A stretch of 64,000 bases of DNA, taken from contig JAQBQS010000003.1 in NCBI GenBank assembly GCA_028286885.1, positions 44,607-108,606 of the forward strand, in the 5' to 3' direction. Under the pieces are notes generated by a model. It was not told the DNA's origin and ran no database searches. It worked only from the letters and a program-made list of their open reading frames with translations. Shown one piece after another: positions 9,601 through 19,745 of this stretch (position 1 is its first letter; the number at the start of each line of letters is the position of its first letter). Both the position numbers and the translations under genes were made by a program. The stretch is from Patescibacteria group bacterium (GTDB lineage Bacteria; Patescibacteriota; Minisyncoccia; Phycocordibacterales; UBA1006).

Positions 9601-9638
9601 TTTTTTTATGCGCCAAAATATGCTACATTTTCGCAATG
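9601..9638 (+). promoter_or_regulatory. GCGCCAAAA-TGCTACATT-N6-ATG promoter-like motif
   Basis: tttttttatgcgccaaaatatgctacattttcgcaATG immediately before alaS. Confidence 0.45.
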
Positions 9639-11456
9639 ACTACGCTATCCTCATCCGACATTCGCGCGCGATTTCTCGCTTTTTTCAAGGCGCGCGCGCA
9701 CGCCATTTTGCCGTCGGCAAGCCTGGTTCCCGAAAACGATCCTTCGGTGCTTTTTAATACGGCCGGAATGCAGCCGCTCGTTCCGTATCTCATGGGGCAG
9801 AAGCATCCGCTCGGAACGCGGCTTGCGTCATCGCAGAAATGCGTGCGAACAGGCGACATCGAGGAAGTCGGCAACCACAAGAACCTGACGTTTTTTGAGA
9901 TGCTCGGCAATTGGTCGCTCGGCGATTATTTCAAGGAAGACGCCATCAAGTGGAGCTATGAATTTTTGACATCAAAAGAGGAAGGTCTTGGACTTGATCC
10001 TGCGCGTTTGTACGTTACCGTCTTCGAAGGCGACGAGGATGCGCCGCGCGACCTGGAAGCCGTTGAGATTTGGAAGAATTATATTCCCGAGAATAGAATT
10101 TATTTCCTGCCCAAGAAGAACAACTGGTGGTCGCCGGGCGACAACGGTCCCTGCGGTCCTGATACGGAAATGTTCTACGATGTGACGCCAAACGGACTTG
10201 GCGACATGACGCATGACGAATACGTTGCGGCGGATGACGACGGCCGCGTCGTTGAAATCTGGAACGATGTTTTCATGGAGTATGAGAAAAAGGATGGATT
10301 GGTAATAGGAAAGCTTGCGCAGAAAAATGTGGACACGGGTTCAGGACTTGAACGTATAACAATGATCGTACAGGGTAAATCGAATGTTTACGATTCAGAT
10401 CTATTTGCCCCAGTAATGAATATAATCAAGGATACTGCAGGGGATCTCTATGATGAGAAGAGTGCCCGCATCATTGCAGATCATGTAAAGGCGTCCGCAA
10501 TGCTTATTGCGGACGGAGTTCGCCCGTCGAACAAAGATCAGGGCTACGTTCTTCGTCGCTTGATTCGACGCGCAGCAATTCGCGCGAAGAAATTAGGATT
10601 TTTTGAAAAGATGGAACCTCATGCTGAAGAATATGAATATAGCTATAATGTCTTCAGCGACCTGCTAAGCAAATTTTTTGAACTTTATGAGGATACTGAC
10701 TATCTTGGAAAGGTGTCTGGATCGCAAGTATCATCGGAGAAACATCTCCTCGTTCTTGACGAATTCAAGAAGGAAGTTGAGAAGTTCTCTAAAACCCTTG
10801 AACTTGGATTAAAGGAATTCGAAAAGAATACTGATCCGTTTGTGCTCGCCACGACTTACGGTTTTCCGATCGAGCTTACAGAAGAGCTTGCTGCCGAGAA
10901 AGGGGTTGCGATAGATCGTGCCGGTTTTGACGCGAAGATGAAGGCGCACCAGGACTTGTCTCGATCTGGATCGGCAGAAAAGTTTAAGGGAGGTCTTGCC
11001 AATACGAATGAGACGACGGTGAAATTGCATACGGCGCATCACCTGCTCCTTGCGGCATTGCAAGAAGTCCTCGGCAAGGAGGTGAAGCAGAAGGGAAGTA
11101 ATATTACCGAAGAACGATTGCGCATCGACTTCAACTTCGATCGCAAGGTAACACCGGAGGAACTCGCAAAAGTCGAGTCGCTCGTCAATGGTTGGATTGC
11201 CGAAAAGCTTCCCGTCATGCGCCGCGAAATGCCGCGAGAAGAAGCCGAGGCTCTCGGCGCCGAAATGGAATTCGGTGCCAAGTATCCGGACATTGTTTCC
11301 GTTTACACGGTCCAGAAACCTGATGATGCCTATGTGTCCAAGGAATTCTGTGGAGGTCCGCATGTAACGAACACGGGAGACATCGGAGTGTTTAAGATCC
11401 AGAAAGAAGAAGCCTCGAGCGCCGGCATCCGCCGCATCAAGGCGGTACTGTCATAG
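9636..11456 (+). CDS. alaS: alanine--tRNA ligase, short form (catalytic + tRNA-binding + editing domains, no C-Ala domain)
   Basis: FNTAGM, QKCVRTGDIEEVG, HKNLTFFEMLGNWSLGDYFK catalytic blocks. HTAHHLL editing-domain motif near the C-terminus. Only 606 aa. Confidence 0.85.
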   Translation: MTTLSSSDIRARFLAFFKARAHAILPSASLVPENDPSVLFNTAGMQPLVPYLMGQKHPLGTRLASSQKCVRTGDIEEVGNHKNLTFFEMLGNWSLGDYFKEDAIKWSYEFLTSKEEGLGLDPARLYVTVFEGDEDAPRDLEAVEIWKNYIPENRIYFLPKKNNWWSPGDNGPCGPDTEMFYDVTPNGLGDMTHDEYVAADDDGRVVEIWNDVFMEYEKKDGLVIGKLAQKNVDTGSGLERITMIVQGKSNVYDSDLFAPVMNIIKDTAGDLYDEKSARIIADHVKASAMLIADGVRPSNKDQGYVLRRLIRRAAIRAKKLGFFEKMEPHAEEYEYSYNVFSDLLSKFFELYEDTDYLGKVSGSQVSSEKHLLVLDEFKKEVEKFSKTLELGLKEFEKNTDPFVLATTYGFPIELTEELAAEKGVAIDRAGFDAKMKAHQDLSRSGSAEKFKGGLANTNETTVKLHTAHHLLLAALQEVLGKEVKQKGSNITEERLRIDFNFDRKVTPEELAKVESLVNGWIAEKLPVMRREMPREEAEALGAEMEFGAKYPDIVSVYTVQKPDDAYVSKEFCGGPHVTNTGDIGVFKIQKEEASSAGIRRIKAVLS

Positions 11457-11460
11457 AACT

Positions 11461-12273
11461 ATGAAGAAATTTTTCTTCATAGCAAAAAATCTTATCCTTT
11501 CGCTAAGATTAATATCAGTAGCCGTATCCGTTCTCATTTTGTTGGCAAGCTATTCGCTGATCCACATGTCTCCGCAAATAGGGATTTTATGCGGACTTAT
11601 TGCGACGACATGTTTTGTAATGTCATTCAACGATTGGTATGATCGCATCCACGATCATGAGAAAAAGAATAAGAGTTTTGCTTTTAAAGAATCTACCATC
11701 TTCAAGATTTGGATCTCATATCTTGCTTTGATAGCTTTTATTGCCAACTTCTATATTTTTTTAAATGTAAGTTGGTTAGCGGGAACGCTTTTGTTGCTTC
11801 TTGCGTCGTTAGGATTAGTCTATGGGGGATTCAGAAGGATTCCTTATTTGTCCGCCCTCACCGTTTCAATTTCGCAATCGCTCGTCGTTTTTCTTGCACG
11901 GCCACAAACAGGCTATGCCTTGTCGCAGATAGTTCTGGCTTTGACGGTTTTCGCAATTATTTTTGGAAGAGAGACGTTGAAAGATTTGCAGGACTCCGCA
12001 CATGATGTTTCTTGGAAAAAGACGCTGCCTGCCCTCAAAGGAAACGTGCGCGGGTCACAAGTTGTACTGTGTTCCCATATCCTTCTCTTGGTCGTCTTGG
12101 CTGTGCTGACGGTTTTTGTCGGAAATATTTTCATTCTCCTTAGTCTCGTTTCGACGGGAATCATTCTTCTGAGGATTTATAACGACCCAAGAAGCTTGCC
12201 GACCAACGTGAACAAAAGACTGCTTGATCTGGCGTGCATTCTTGCATTGGCAGGTGTTTATTTTGTGAGATAA
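11461..12273 (+). CDS. UbiA-family prenyltransferase (polytopic membrane)
   Basis: NDWYDRIHD (NDxxDxxxD) and a second Asp-rich motif KDLQDSAHD. 7-8 TM helices. Confidence 0.6.
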   Translation: MKKFFFIAKNLILSLRLISVAVSVLILLASYSLIHMSPQIGILCGLIATTCFVMSFNDWYDRIHDHEKKNKSFAFKESTIFKIWISYLALIAFIANFYIFLNVSWLAGTLLLLLASLGLVYGGFRRIPYLSALTVSISQSLVVFLARPQTGYALSQIVLALTVFAIIFGRETLKDLQDSAHDVSWKKTLPALKGNVRGSQVVLCSHILLLVVLAVLTVFVGNIFILLSLVSTGIILLRIYNDPRSLPTNVNKRLLDLACILALAGVYFVR

Positions 12274-12324
12274 GAAGGAAGCTCTCGTAGCTTCTTTTTT
12301 ATTTGCATACTATAATAGGCGCAT

Positions 12325-13464
12325 ATGTCACGAAGCCTTTTTGCAAAATCCAAGAAGCAAAAGCCGGTTTCGGTTGCGTGCGTTTGTACGGTCGACAGCC
12401 ATTCGGTCACGGCTGCAGCCGTAAAGGTATGGAGCGGACAAGGGGCGATCCATGCGCCCGTTGTGATTTTTTCTGCGCAGAAAAAAGTCCAAGGCGACAA
12501 GCTATCGGATGTTATTCATCCGCTCAGGGAAATCTTGGAAATGGTTCGTTCGCATGGAGGAAATCCGGATCTCATCAGCTGTGTTATCGGTGAGCCATGG
12601 ATTGCAACGATTCCTCGAACAATAAAAATTGAAAAAGCCGAATCGTTCAAGCTTACTCAAAAAACGGTCGACGATGCGCTTCTTCGCGACATGCGCGCAT
12701 CGGAAGCCGATATCCGGCGCGATGTTGCTGATCCGGACGCGATTGCCATCGTGGATGTTTCAGATCCCATTTGGAGCGTAAACGGATATCGCACTGACAA
12801 CGTAATCGGTTCGGTCATACCGTCGCTTGAACTGGATCGTTCCGTTTCAATCATGCCGGGCGATGTGCTCGACGAGATCGGACTTGCTATTTCCGAAGTT
12901 TTTCATCGCGAGGACATTATTTTTCATTCAGCGCATCACGCATTTGCAAACTATATTGCCAACGAAAAAGCATTAAGCCTTCGCGTAGGTGGCGTATCGT
13001 CCGAGTGGTCAGTCATCGACCGCGGCGTCATTTCGGCGGTCCAGCCGATCCCAGCAGGATTGGTCGAAATCGAAGAGGTCCTCAAGCACGAGTTTTCAAT
13101 TCCGAAAACGCTCATCGAATCAACAATGTCGTTTGCAACGGACGAGGGACTTGCCCTTCATGAGAAGGATGTTTACTATCGCCGAATTGAACGGGCTGCT
13201 TCAGGATGGCTGCACGCAGTCAGATCTTCGCTTGAGGAAATCCGGAAAAAAGCCGACCTGTTGCCGCGCACGCTTGTTTTGTCTTCGGACGCTCCTTGGA
13301 TTCTCGCGCTTGCGCCTGTCATTGCGCGCGAACTTGATATGGCTGTTGCGGTTTTGAGCTCTGATTATATCGGAAATGATGTCGTATTTTCGCATGACGC
13401 TCGTGCCAAGACAAATGCTCTCGGTATTGCGATCGAATATTCGATCAAGAGGATGAATTCATAA
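12325..13464 (+). CDS. hypothetical protein, possibly an actin-like ATPase fold (PilM/FtsA-like)
   Basis: Weak phosphate-1 (VCTVDSHSVTAA), phosphate-2 (IDRGVISAV) and adenosine-like (LSSDAPWILALAPVIARELD) segments at the positions expected for the fold. Low certainty. Confidence 0.35.
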   Translation: MSRSLFAKSKKQKPVSVACVCTVDSHSVTAAAVKVWSGQGAIHAPVVIFSAQKKVQGDKLSDVIHPLREILEMVRSHGGNPDLISCVIGEPWIATIPRTIKIEKAESFKLTQKTVDDALLRDMRASEADIRRDVADPDAIAIVDVSDPIWSVNGYRTDNVIGSVIPSLELDRSVSIMPGDVLDEIGLAISEVFHREDIIFHSAHHAFANYIANEKALSLRVGGVSSEWSVIDRGVISAVQPIPAGLVEIEEVLKHEFSIPKTLIESTMSFATDEGLALHEKDVYYRRIERAASGWLHAVRSSLEEIRKKADLLPRTLVLSSDAPWILALAPVIARELDMAVAVLSSDYIGNDVVFSHDARAKTNALGIAIEYSIKRMNS

Positions 13465-13466
13465 TT

Positions 13467-14867
13467 ATGGACAAGCCCAAGAAAAAAGTGATGTCCGACA
13501 TGGTCGCGCGTCCGAAATCCGGAGCGCGCAAGCCTGCGGAAGCTGTTTCAAAGCCTGTGCGCAAGGAACCCGTCAGGGAGCCTTTGCGGTCTGAAAAAAT
13601 TCCAGTAAGAAAAATTCCGGAGCCGATTCGGTATGAGGAACTTTCGGAAGAAGAGGAAATTTTTGACGAAGAAGAGAACGTTCCAGAGGATGATTATCAA
13701 GACGAGAAATCCCTTGACGAACTGATCCATCATTACGGCGACAAGCCGAAGTCCAAGTTCGGATGCGTCATCTGGTTTGTGGCCCTTCTTGCGATCGTAG
13801 CGCTCGTGGTTGCGATCGGCGGACAATTTACGCATGCGGATATTTCCATTACGCCCAAATCATATTCGGGAGCCGTCGACGCCACGCTTGCTCTTTCTCA
13901 GGCTAGGATTGCGAACGGGATACAAGTGGGCATCGCGACCAAGGACTTCCAATCGGAAACAGTCATTCCTGCAACCGGCAGATCGGAAAGCGATATCAAA
14001 GCTACAGCTGCTGTTCGTTTATATAATTCAACAACAACTTCGAAAACAGTTCCCGTAGGAACAATTCTGGTTTCTTCAAAATCGGTGCAGTATGAAACGG
14101 CAAAATCGGTTACAATTCCCAAGGCAAAATCCGCTAGTGTCTTCGGCCAAGCGGATGTCGCGATTACCGCAGTTGCAGCAGGGGAGTCAGGCAACGGCGA
14201 TCTTGACGACTTTACGTTTGCAAAAAGCTCAACATTATTTAAAGGCATAACGATCCATTCCGTGACGCCGGCAATTGGCGGAACAGTCGGCGACCAGGCT
14301 ACAGCTGATCCGACAACTCTTGCAGCTGCAAAGGATGTAGTAATGTCGAATCTGTCGGATCAGGCCTCTCTTGTTGCAAGGCTGTCGCAAGATCTTCCCG
14401 ATGATGCCATTGCTCTTCCTCTTGTTATTCCGCTTGCGGACGCAACGGTTGATGTTGATGGAACGAAACCGGACGGCGTGCATGTGGTTGCTCATCGTTC
14501 CGTTAGCACTCTGATTGTGAATCGATCGGCGCTTGCTCTAGCCTTGGGTAAAAACCTCTCCGTTCCTGACGGGATAAATCTGACGCTTCCGTCGTTTGAC
14601 GGGCTGACCGTTACCTCATCTGACGTTGCGCAGGGACAAGCCGTTCCAAGTATCGTTCATATTCGCATCACCGGAACAGTCACGATTGCCGGCAGCGTAA
14701 AAGCTTCCGACGTTGCGTCATCCATCCTCGGCAAGTCGCGCTCGCAGGCTCGCGCGACCTTGACCGCGCTCCCGGAAATAAAATCCTTCATCCTGCGCGT
14801 GACGCCTCCTTGGCGGCGACTGCTGCCGACGGATCCGTCTGAAATTTCAGTTTCAATTAAAAATTAA
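13467..14867 (+). CDS. hypothetical bitopic membrane protein (charged disordered N-terminus, one TM, large A/T/V/S-rich extracytoplasmic domain)
   Basis: TM FGCVIWFVALLAIVALVVAIGG after ~105 K/E/P-rich residues. Translationally coupled to the upstream ORF (4-nt gap). Confidence 0.45.
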   Translation: MDKPKKKVMSDMVARPKSGARKPAEAVSKPVRKEPVREPLRSEKIPVRKIPEPIRYEELSEEEEIFDEEENVPEDDYQDEKSLDELIHHYGDKPKSKFGCVIWFVALLAIVALVVAIGGQFTHADISITPKSYSGAVDATLALSQARIANGIQVGIATKDFQSETVIPATGRSESDIKATAAVRLYNSTTTSKTVPVGTILVSSKSVQYETAKSVTIPKAKSASVFGQADVAITAVAAGESGNGDLDDFTFAKSSTLFKGITIHSVTPAIGGTVGDQATADPTTLAAAKDVVMSNLSDQASLVARLSQDLPDDAIALPLVIPLADATVDVDGTKPDGVHVVAHRSVSTLIVNRSALALALGKNLSVPDGINLTLPSFDGLTVTSSDVAQGQAVPSIVHIRITGTVTIAGSVKASDVASSILGKSRSQARATLTALPEIKSFILRVTPPWRRLLPTDPSEISVSIKN

Positions 14868-14979
14868 TACCAAGAAAACCTCGGATATCCGAGGTTTTTG
14901 AATTATTGACTATAAAAAATATATGTGATATTATGATTTGGAAATAAAATTTAATTAAACCAAACCAAACCAACCAACA

Positions 14980-15876
14980 ATGAAAAGAAATATTCTTCTT
15001 TCGATTGCGGCTTTATTCTTAACCATTACCGCGTGTGCATCCGCACCTTTGCTGCTCACGTATCCGAACTCCGGTTCGTTCGCACAGGGCGCACATGTTC
15101 CAATCACATGGAGGAGCGCTGATACAAGCAAACCCATCTTTCTTGCATTGATATCGCAGGTGCCTTTCAAGACACAGCAAGTTATTGCCGTGAGCGTGCC
15201 TTACAACGGAGGGTCATATGCCAACTGGACCATTCCCTCAACGATGTCGCCAGGGAGCTACATGGTCTATGTTCAAAGTAACCGCGGCGTCGGTCCTGCA
15301 GTATGCAATTACGGAGGATTGATCACGGTCACACCGGCACCGGTCTGTACCTTTGGAGGTCTTTATCAGGTACTGGCAGTTCCGGATTCTACTAATTTTG
15401 GAAATTTGACGGTTCCTGCCGGGTCCCGCAATATTGAATGCTTTCATTTCAAGCTGAAGAGTAATTCAACCTGTGACATATCCGTCATTGAGTTCCCAGT
15501 AAGGTTCACAATGTTTTCGGCACCGAACGGCAACACGCTTACGTCATCTGCTGCTCAAGAATTGAGTGACAGTCTGAACGGCGCAATGGTTATAATGACC
15601 CAGTCCGGCACGGTTATTCAAAACGGCCAGTCCTGTCTGGGAGTTATTATTCCCGCAGGAACTGAAATGCAATTCATAATGAAGGCCAGTTTTCCAAATT
15701 CAGTTCCTTCTCAGAGTTCGCTCTCCGGTATTACTACGCGTGCATTTCTTAGCAGTTTGCATGCCGTAAATCTCGGGACAGGACAAGGAATAGGGCCTAA
15801 TGAATTTTCCATAACTGTCGTACCTAGTCAAAACGGCGGACTGCTCTTCGGTACAGGAATTATAACTATTCAGTAG
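14980..15876 (+). CDS. hypothetical secreted protein
   Basis: Signal peptide MKRNILLSIAALFLTITACASA. No homology recognised. Confidence 0.5.
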   Translation: MKRNILLSIAALFLTITACASAPLLLTYPNSGSFAQGAHVPITWRSADTSKPIFLALISQVPFKTQQVIAVSVPYNGGSYANWTIPSTMSPGSYMVYVQSNRGVGPAVCNYGGLITVTPAPVCTFGGLYQVLAVPDSTNFGNLTVPAGSRNIECFHFKLKSNSTCDISVIEFPVRFTMFSAPNGNTLTSSAAQELSDSLNGAMVIMTQSGTVIQNGQSCLGVIIPAGTEMQFIMKASFPNSVPSQSSLSGITTRAFLSSLHAVNLGTGQGIGPNEFSITVVPSQNGGLLFGTGIITIQ

Positions 15877-15901
15877 CGCTAATTGTTTTCTTAAACCGCC
15901 C

Positions 15902-15928
15902 CTCAAAAGACGGTTTTTTTCTTGGAAA
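15902..15928 (+). terminator. intrinsic terminator
   Basis: aaaccgcccctcaaaagacggttttttt. Confidence 0.65.
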
Positions 15929-16002
15929 GGTTCTTTGGTTGCCTTATCAGTACAGAAGAATATACTTGATTCTATTATTCGAATCATCGTCCGTTTATTT
16001 TC

Positions 16003-17616
16003 ATGAAGTCAAAATACATTCTTATCGGCCTCGTCATTGTCGCCATTGCAGTCGTCGGTTATCTTGCCGCTGCGGGAAAGCTGTCAGGATCCACTGCTGC
16101 GTCCGTCTATGGAATTTCCCGAGATTCGCAGGTGCAAAAGTCATCAGTATCGAATGCTTCATTGGCGAATGAAAAGGCGACAACAAATGATAGTTCTGCT
16201 TCATCGAATACTGTTGAGCCTTCGAAGCAATCTGCAGCAGCTAATCAAAATCCGGTTGCTGCTTCCTCTGTTTCTTCTAATACAACCCCAATACCTGCTC
16301 CTGCATCAGGGGGTTTACCGATTCTCGTAACGCCTCGTCCAAGACCTGCAGCTGTGGCTTCGTGTAGTGCGGCATCCTCCTCAGTTAACTTCAACATTCC
16401 TGTTGCGGGCTCAACGGTTCATGCAGGAGATGTTATGAATGTTGGCTGGACATGGACCAATCCGACACCTGCGGCAGTTACCTCGGTCTACGTGGTGCCG
16501 CAATTCGGTATTACAACACCTTTATTATTTTCACAGTATTCAACGGCGACTAATGTAACGACAGGGACTGGACACATGTGGGTCAGCACAATCAATGGGA
16601 ACGTGGGCGGAGGAACACTGTCGGCGTCGACACCTGTTGGTCAGTATCGTATGGAAGTTGTAAACGGATCCAATCAGCTTGTCGGGTGCTCGGGGACGTT
16701 CAATGTCGCAGCACCAGTTCCTGCTTGTGTACCGACGTTTGGATATTTGACAAAATGGGGCTCAACAGGGACAGGAAACGGTCAGTTCAATGCCCCTATG
16801 GGGGTCGCAGTTGATCTCTCTGGTAATGTATATGTTGCAGATTTCACCAACAGTCGAATTCAGAAATTTAACTCATCCGGAGTTTACATTTCTCAATGGG
16901 GTGCTTATGGAACAGGAAACGGTCAATTTATAGATCCAGACGGAATTGCAATCGACGCTTCAGGAAATGTATATGTTACTGATGCTGGTAATAATCGTAT
17001 TCAGAAATTTACATCTTCTGGAACATACTTGACCCAATGGGGATCATTAGGAATCGGTAACGGTCAGTTTCATGGTCCCACAGGTATCGTTGTTGATTCG
17101 GTAGGTAATGTCTACATAACAGATACTCTTGATAGGGTTCAAAAATTCTCAAATACTGGAACGTTTATTACCAAATGGGGAACACAAGGCAGTGGTAATG
17201 GGCAATTCAATCAGCCTTCTGGAATAGTTGCAGATTCATCGGGCAATGTTTATGTTTTGGATACAGCTCCGTTTGGCAACCACCGTATTCAGAAATTCAC
17301 ATCTTCGGGAACTTATGTTACGCAATGGGGAAGCAGCGGGTCAGGTCAGGGGCAATTTAGTGGAATTGCCCAAGGTCTTGCCATTGACTCGCATGATAAT
17401 TTATATGTAAGCGATACATTGAATTACCGAGTTAGTAAGTTTGATCATGCAGGTAATTTTATTACTCAGTGGGGAACACAGGGCAGTGGTAATGGACAAT
17501 TTGTAGGCGGTGAATACGGAATTGCCGTTGATTCGGCAGGTAATGTCTATGTCAGTGATGATAGTACTGTCAATCGTATTCAAAAGTTCGGACTCGTTCC
17601 TTGCATTCAAAGTTAA
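16003..17616 (+). CDS. NHL-repeat beta-propeller protein, membrane-anchored, with S/A-rich linker
   Basis: N-terminal TM, low-complexity S/A/N linker, then at least 6 tandem ~47-aa repeats of the type NxRIQKF..SG.Y...WG..G.GNGQF..P.GIA.D..GNVYV.D. Confidence 0.75.
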   Translation: MKSKYILIGLVIVAIAVVGYLAAAGKLSGSTAASVYGISRDSQVQKSSVSNASLANEKATTNDSSASSNTVEPSKQSAAANQNPVAASSVSSNTTPIPAPASGGLPILVTPRPRPAAVASCSAASSSVNFNIPVAGSTVHAGDVMNVGWTWTNPTPAAVTSVYVVPQFGITTPLLFSQYSTATNVTTGTGHMWVSTINGNVGGGTLSASTPVGQYRMEVVNGSNQLVGCSGTFNVAAPVPACVPTFGYLTKWGSTGTGNGQFNAPMGVAVDLSGNVYVADFTNSRIQKFNSSGVYISQWGAYGTGNGQFIDPDGIAIDASGNVYVTDAGNNRIQKFTSSGTYLTQWGSLGIGNGQFHGPTGIVVDSVGNVYITDTLDRVQKFSNTGTFITKWGTQGSGNGQFNQPSGIVADSSGNVYVLDTAPFGNHRIQKFTSSGTYVTQWGSSGSGQGQFSGIAQGLAIDSHDNLYVSDTLNYRVSKFDHAGNFITQWGTQGSGNGQFVGGEYGIAVDSAGNVYVSDDSTVNRIQKFGLVPCIQS

Positions 17617-17622
17617 TTAAAA

Positions 17623-17649
17623 AACCGCCTCTCAAAAGGCGGTTTTTTC
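17623..17649 (+). terminator. intrinsic terminator
   Basis: aaaaccgcctctcaaaaggcggtttttt. Confidence 0.65.
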
Positions 17650-17837
17650 TTTTAAAAAATAAGAAATTGGCATTTAAACCATATAAATGACTCGAAAAAC
17701 CTGTGAATTTCCCCCTTGACGGCGGTTGTCTTCTTGGCACTGTTTTAAAATCGTTGTAAATGTTGGGTTTCGGGTGGGGATAAGGTCTAGTGTGTTGACA
17801 TTGGTTTTTAATTTTGATAGGATGCTGTTTACTGCAC

Positions 17838-18056
17838 ATGGTACCAAACAAAGACGAAAAAAACATCGTCACAGCAGAAGTCCTCGAGGCGTTACCGAAC
17901 GCTATGTTTCGCGTACGTTTTCAAGATGGTACTGAGCAAGTCTCATACCTTTCCGGCAAGATGAAACTCCACCGCATCAAGGTCCTGATCGGTGATACGG
18001 TTCATGTGCTTCTCGAACCCTATGGGGGAAAAGGAAGAATCGTCAAGCGAGCGTAA
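17838..18056 (+). CDS. infA: translation initiation factor IF-1
   Basis: KDEKNIVTAEVLEALPNAMFRVRFQDGTEQVSYLSGKMKLHRIKVLIGD is the S1-like IF-1 sequence. Confidence 0.9.
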   Translation: MVPNKDEKNIVTAEVLEALPNAMFRVRFQDGTEQVSYLSGKMKLHRIKVLIGDTVHVLLEPYGGKGRIVKRA

Positions 18057-18124
18057 CATTTTACGCTTTCTTGTCATCTCGCCAGTTATTCTGAATTATT
18101 AACTTTAGATACAGATTTTAGATC

Positions 18125-18238
18125 ATGAAAATTCGATCATCAATCAAGAAAATCAGCCCTGACGATATTATCGTCCGTCGAGGAGGCCGTTTGTATCGCA
18201 TTAACAAGAAGAACCCGCGCCACAAGGCTCGCCAATAA
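18125..18238 (+). CDS. rpmJ: 50S ribosomal protein L36
   Basis: 37-aa [40 protein letters not shown], below the ORF-track size cutoff. Canonical position between infA and rpsM. Confidence 0.85.
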   Translation: MKIRSSIKKISPDDIIVRRGGRLYRINKKNPRHKARQ

Positions 18239-18244
18239 TTATTT

Positions 18245-18625
18245 ATGCGACTACTAGGAATCACACTCCCTGACAAGAAGAACGTGCAGTACGGTCTTAC
18301 ATCTATCTATGGAATCGGACCTGCACGAGCCCTCGCTATCTGCAAGGAATGCAAGATCGACCCAATGAGCAAGATCAAGGACCTTACGGCGGACAATGAA
18401 GCAGCCATCCGAAAGCTCGTCGAAGAGATGAAGCTCGAGGGAAATTTGAAGCGAGAAATCGGACAGAACGTCAAGCGACTCAAGGACATCGGTTCATACC
18501 GAGGTTCACGACATTCGCGTGGATTGCCGACAAAGGGTCAGCGAACCAAGACGAACTCCCGAACGGTTCGCGGAAACAAGCGAGTAACCATGGGATCGGG
18601 ACGAAAGACCGATTCGAAGACATAA
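18245..18625 (+). CDS. rpsM: 30S ribosomal protein S13
   Basis: MRLLGITLPDKKNVQYGLTSIYGIGPARA... is the S13 N-terminus, with a basic C-terminus. Confidence 0.9.
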   Translation: MRLLGITLPDKKNVQYGLTSIYGIGPARALAICKECKIDPMSKIKDLTADNEAAIRKLVEEMKLEGNLKREIGQNVKRLKDIGSYRGSRHSRGLPTKGQRTKTNSRTVRGNKRVTMGSGRKTDSKT

Positions 18626-18629
18626 TAGT

Positions 18630-19064
18630 ATGGGAAAGAAACGAATCGTAAAAACGGAAGGAAACCGCATGGACAAGTCTCTCAAGGACCGAGCTTTGTC
18701 GCGCGTTCCTAAGAAGAAGCTCGTCGTTGGAATTCTCCACGTTCAGGCAACATTCAACAACACGAAAGCCTTGCTGACTGACATGGATGGAAACGCCATC
18801 ATGTCTTCATCATCAGGAGCACTGGGCTTCAAGGGAGCTAAGAAAGGTACGCCTTTCGCGGCTGCCAAAATTGGAGAAGTTCTGGCTGAAAAAGCGGCAA
18901 TGATCGGCCTCAAGGAGGTGCACGTCGTCGTTCGAGGAGTCGGATCAGGTCGAGAATCAGCCATCAGGGCATTTTCAGGCAAGGGAATTGAGATCGCATC
19001 GATCAAGGACCGCACACCGGTTCCATTCAACGGTCCCCGCGCTAAAAAGCCTCGACGCGTATAA
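18630..19064 (+). CDS. rpsK: 30S ribosomal protein S11
   Basis: GILHVQATFNNT...VVVRGVGSGRESAIRA...G..I..I.D.TP.PFNG.R.KK.RRV. Confidence 0.9.
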   Translation: MGKKRIVKTEGNRMDKSLKDRALSRVPKKKLVVGILHVQATFNNTKALLTDMDGNAIMSSSSGALGFKGAKKGTPFAAAKIGEVLAEKAAMIGLKEVHVVVRGVGSGRESAIRAFSGKGIEIASIKDRTPVPFNGPRAKKPRRV

Positions 19065-19078
19065 TCTCTTAAAATTAT

Positions 19079-19684
19079 ATGACACAGAAAAAATACAAGT
19101 TGTGCCGACGACTCGGCACGCCAATCTTCGAGAAATGCCAGACCGCAAAATTTGCCCAGTCTGAACCAGCTACAAAGAAAGGAAAGAAAGGATTCGGACG
19201 ACGCTCTGACTACGGAAACCAGCTCATCGAAAAGCAGAAGGTGCGATTCATGTACGGCGTCCGCGAGAAGCAGTTCGGAAACTACGTCGAGCACGCAATG
19301 GAAACGGCCAAGAAGGGTACGACTCCTGCGACGCTCCTCTTCCGACAGCTCGAAGAGCGACTCGACAACGTCATCTACCGACTCGGATTCGCGGCAACGC
19401 GAGCCTTGGCCCGACAGATGGCGTCCCACGGACACTTCACCGTCAACGGCAAGAAGATGACGATTCCGTCATATTCAGTCAAGACGACAGATGTCATTGC
19501 TATCCGCGAGGGCAGCAAGACAAACGGACTCTTCACAGACGTTGCGACGAAGCTTAAAGCAGTCAAATCTCCAGAGTGGCTCAAATGGGATCCAGTCTCA
19601 ATGACAGCCAAAGTTATCAGCGACCCGAAGAATCCCGACGCGTTCCTGAATTTTCAGGCCGTTATCGAGTTCTACAGCCGATAG
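19079..19684 (+). CDS. rpsD: 30S ribosomal protein S4
   Basis: CRRLG...EK.Q...YG..L.EKQK.RFMYGV.EKQF and the S4 domain, consistent with the rpsM-rpsK-rpsD-rpoA order. Confidence 0.9.
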   Translation: MTQKKYKLCRRLGTPIFEKCQTAKFAQSEPATKKGKKGFGRRSDYGNQLIEKQKVRFMYGVREKQFGNYVEHAMETAKKGTTPATLLFRQLEERLDNVIYRLGFAATRALARQMASHGHFTVNGKKMTIPSYSVKTTDVIAIREGSKTNGLFTDVATKLKAVKSPEWLKWDPVSMTAKVISDPKNPDAFLNFQAVIEFYSR

Positions 19685-19745
19685 TCATTAGTTAGTTTCG
19701 AGACATTCCTTTATTTATCAATCTATCATCATCCCCCAATCAATT

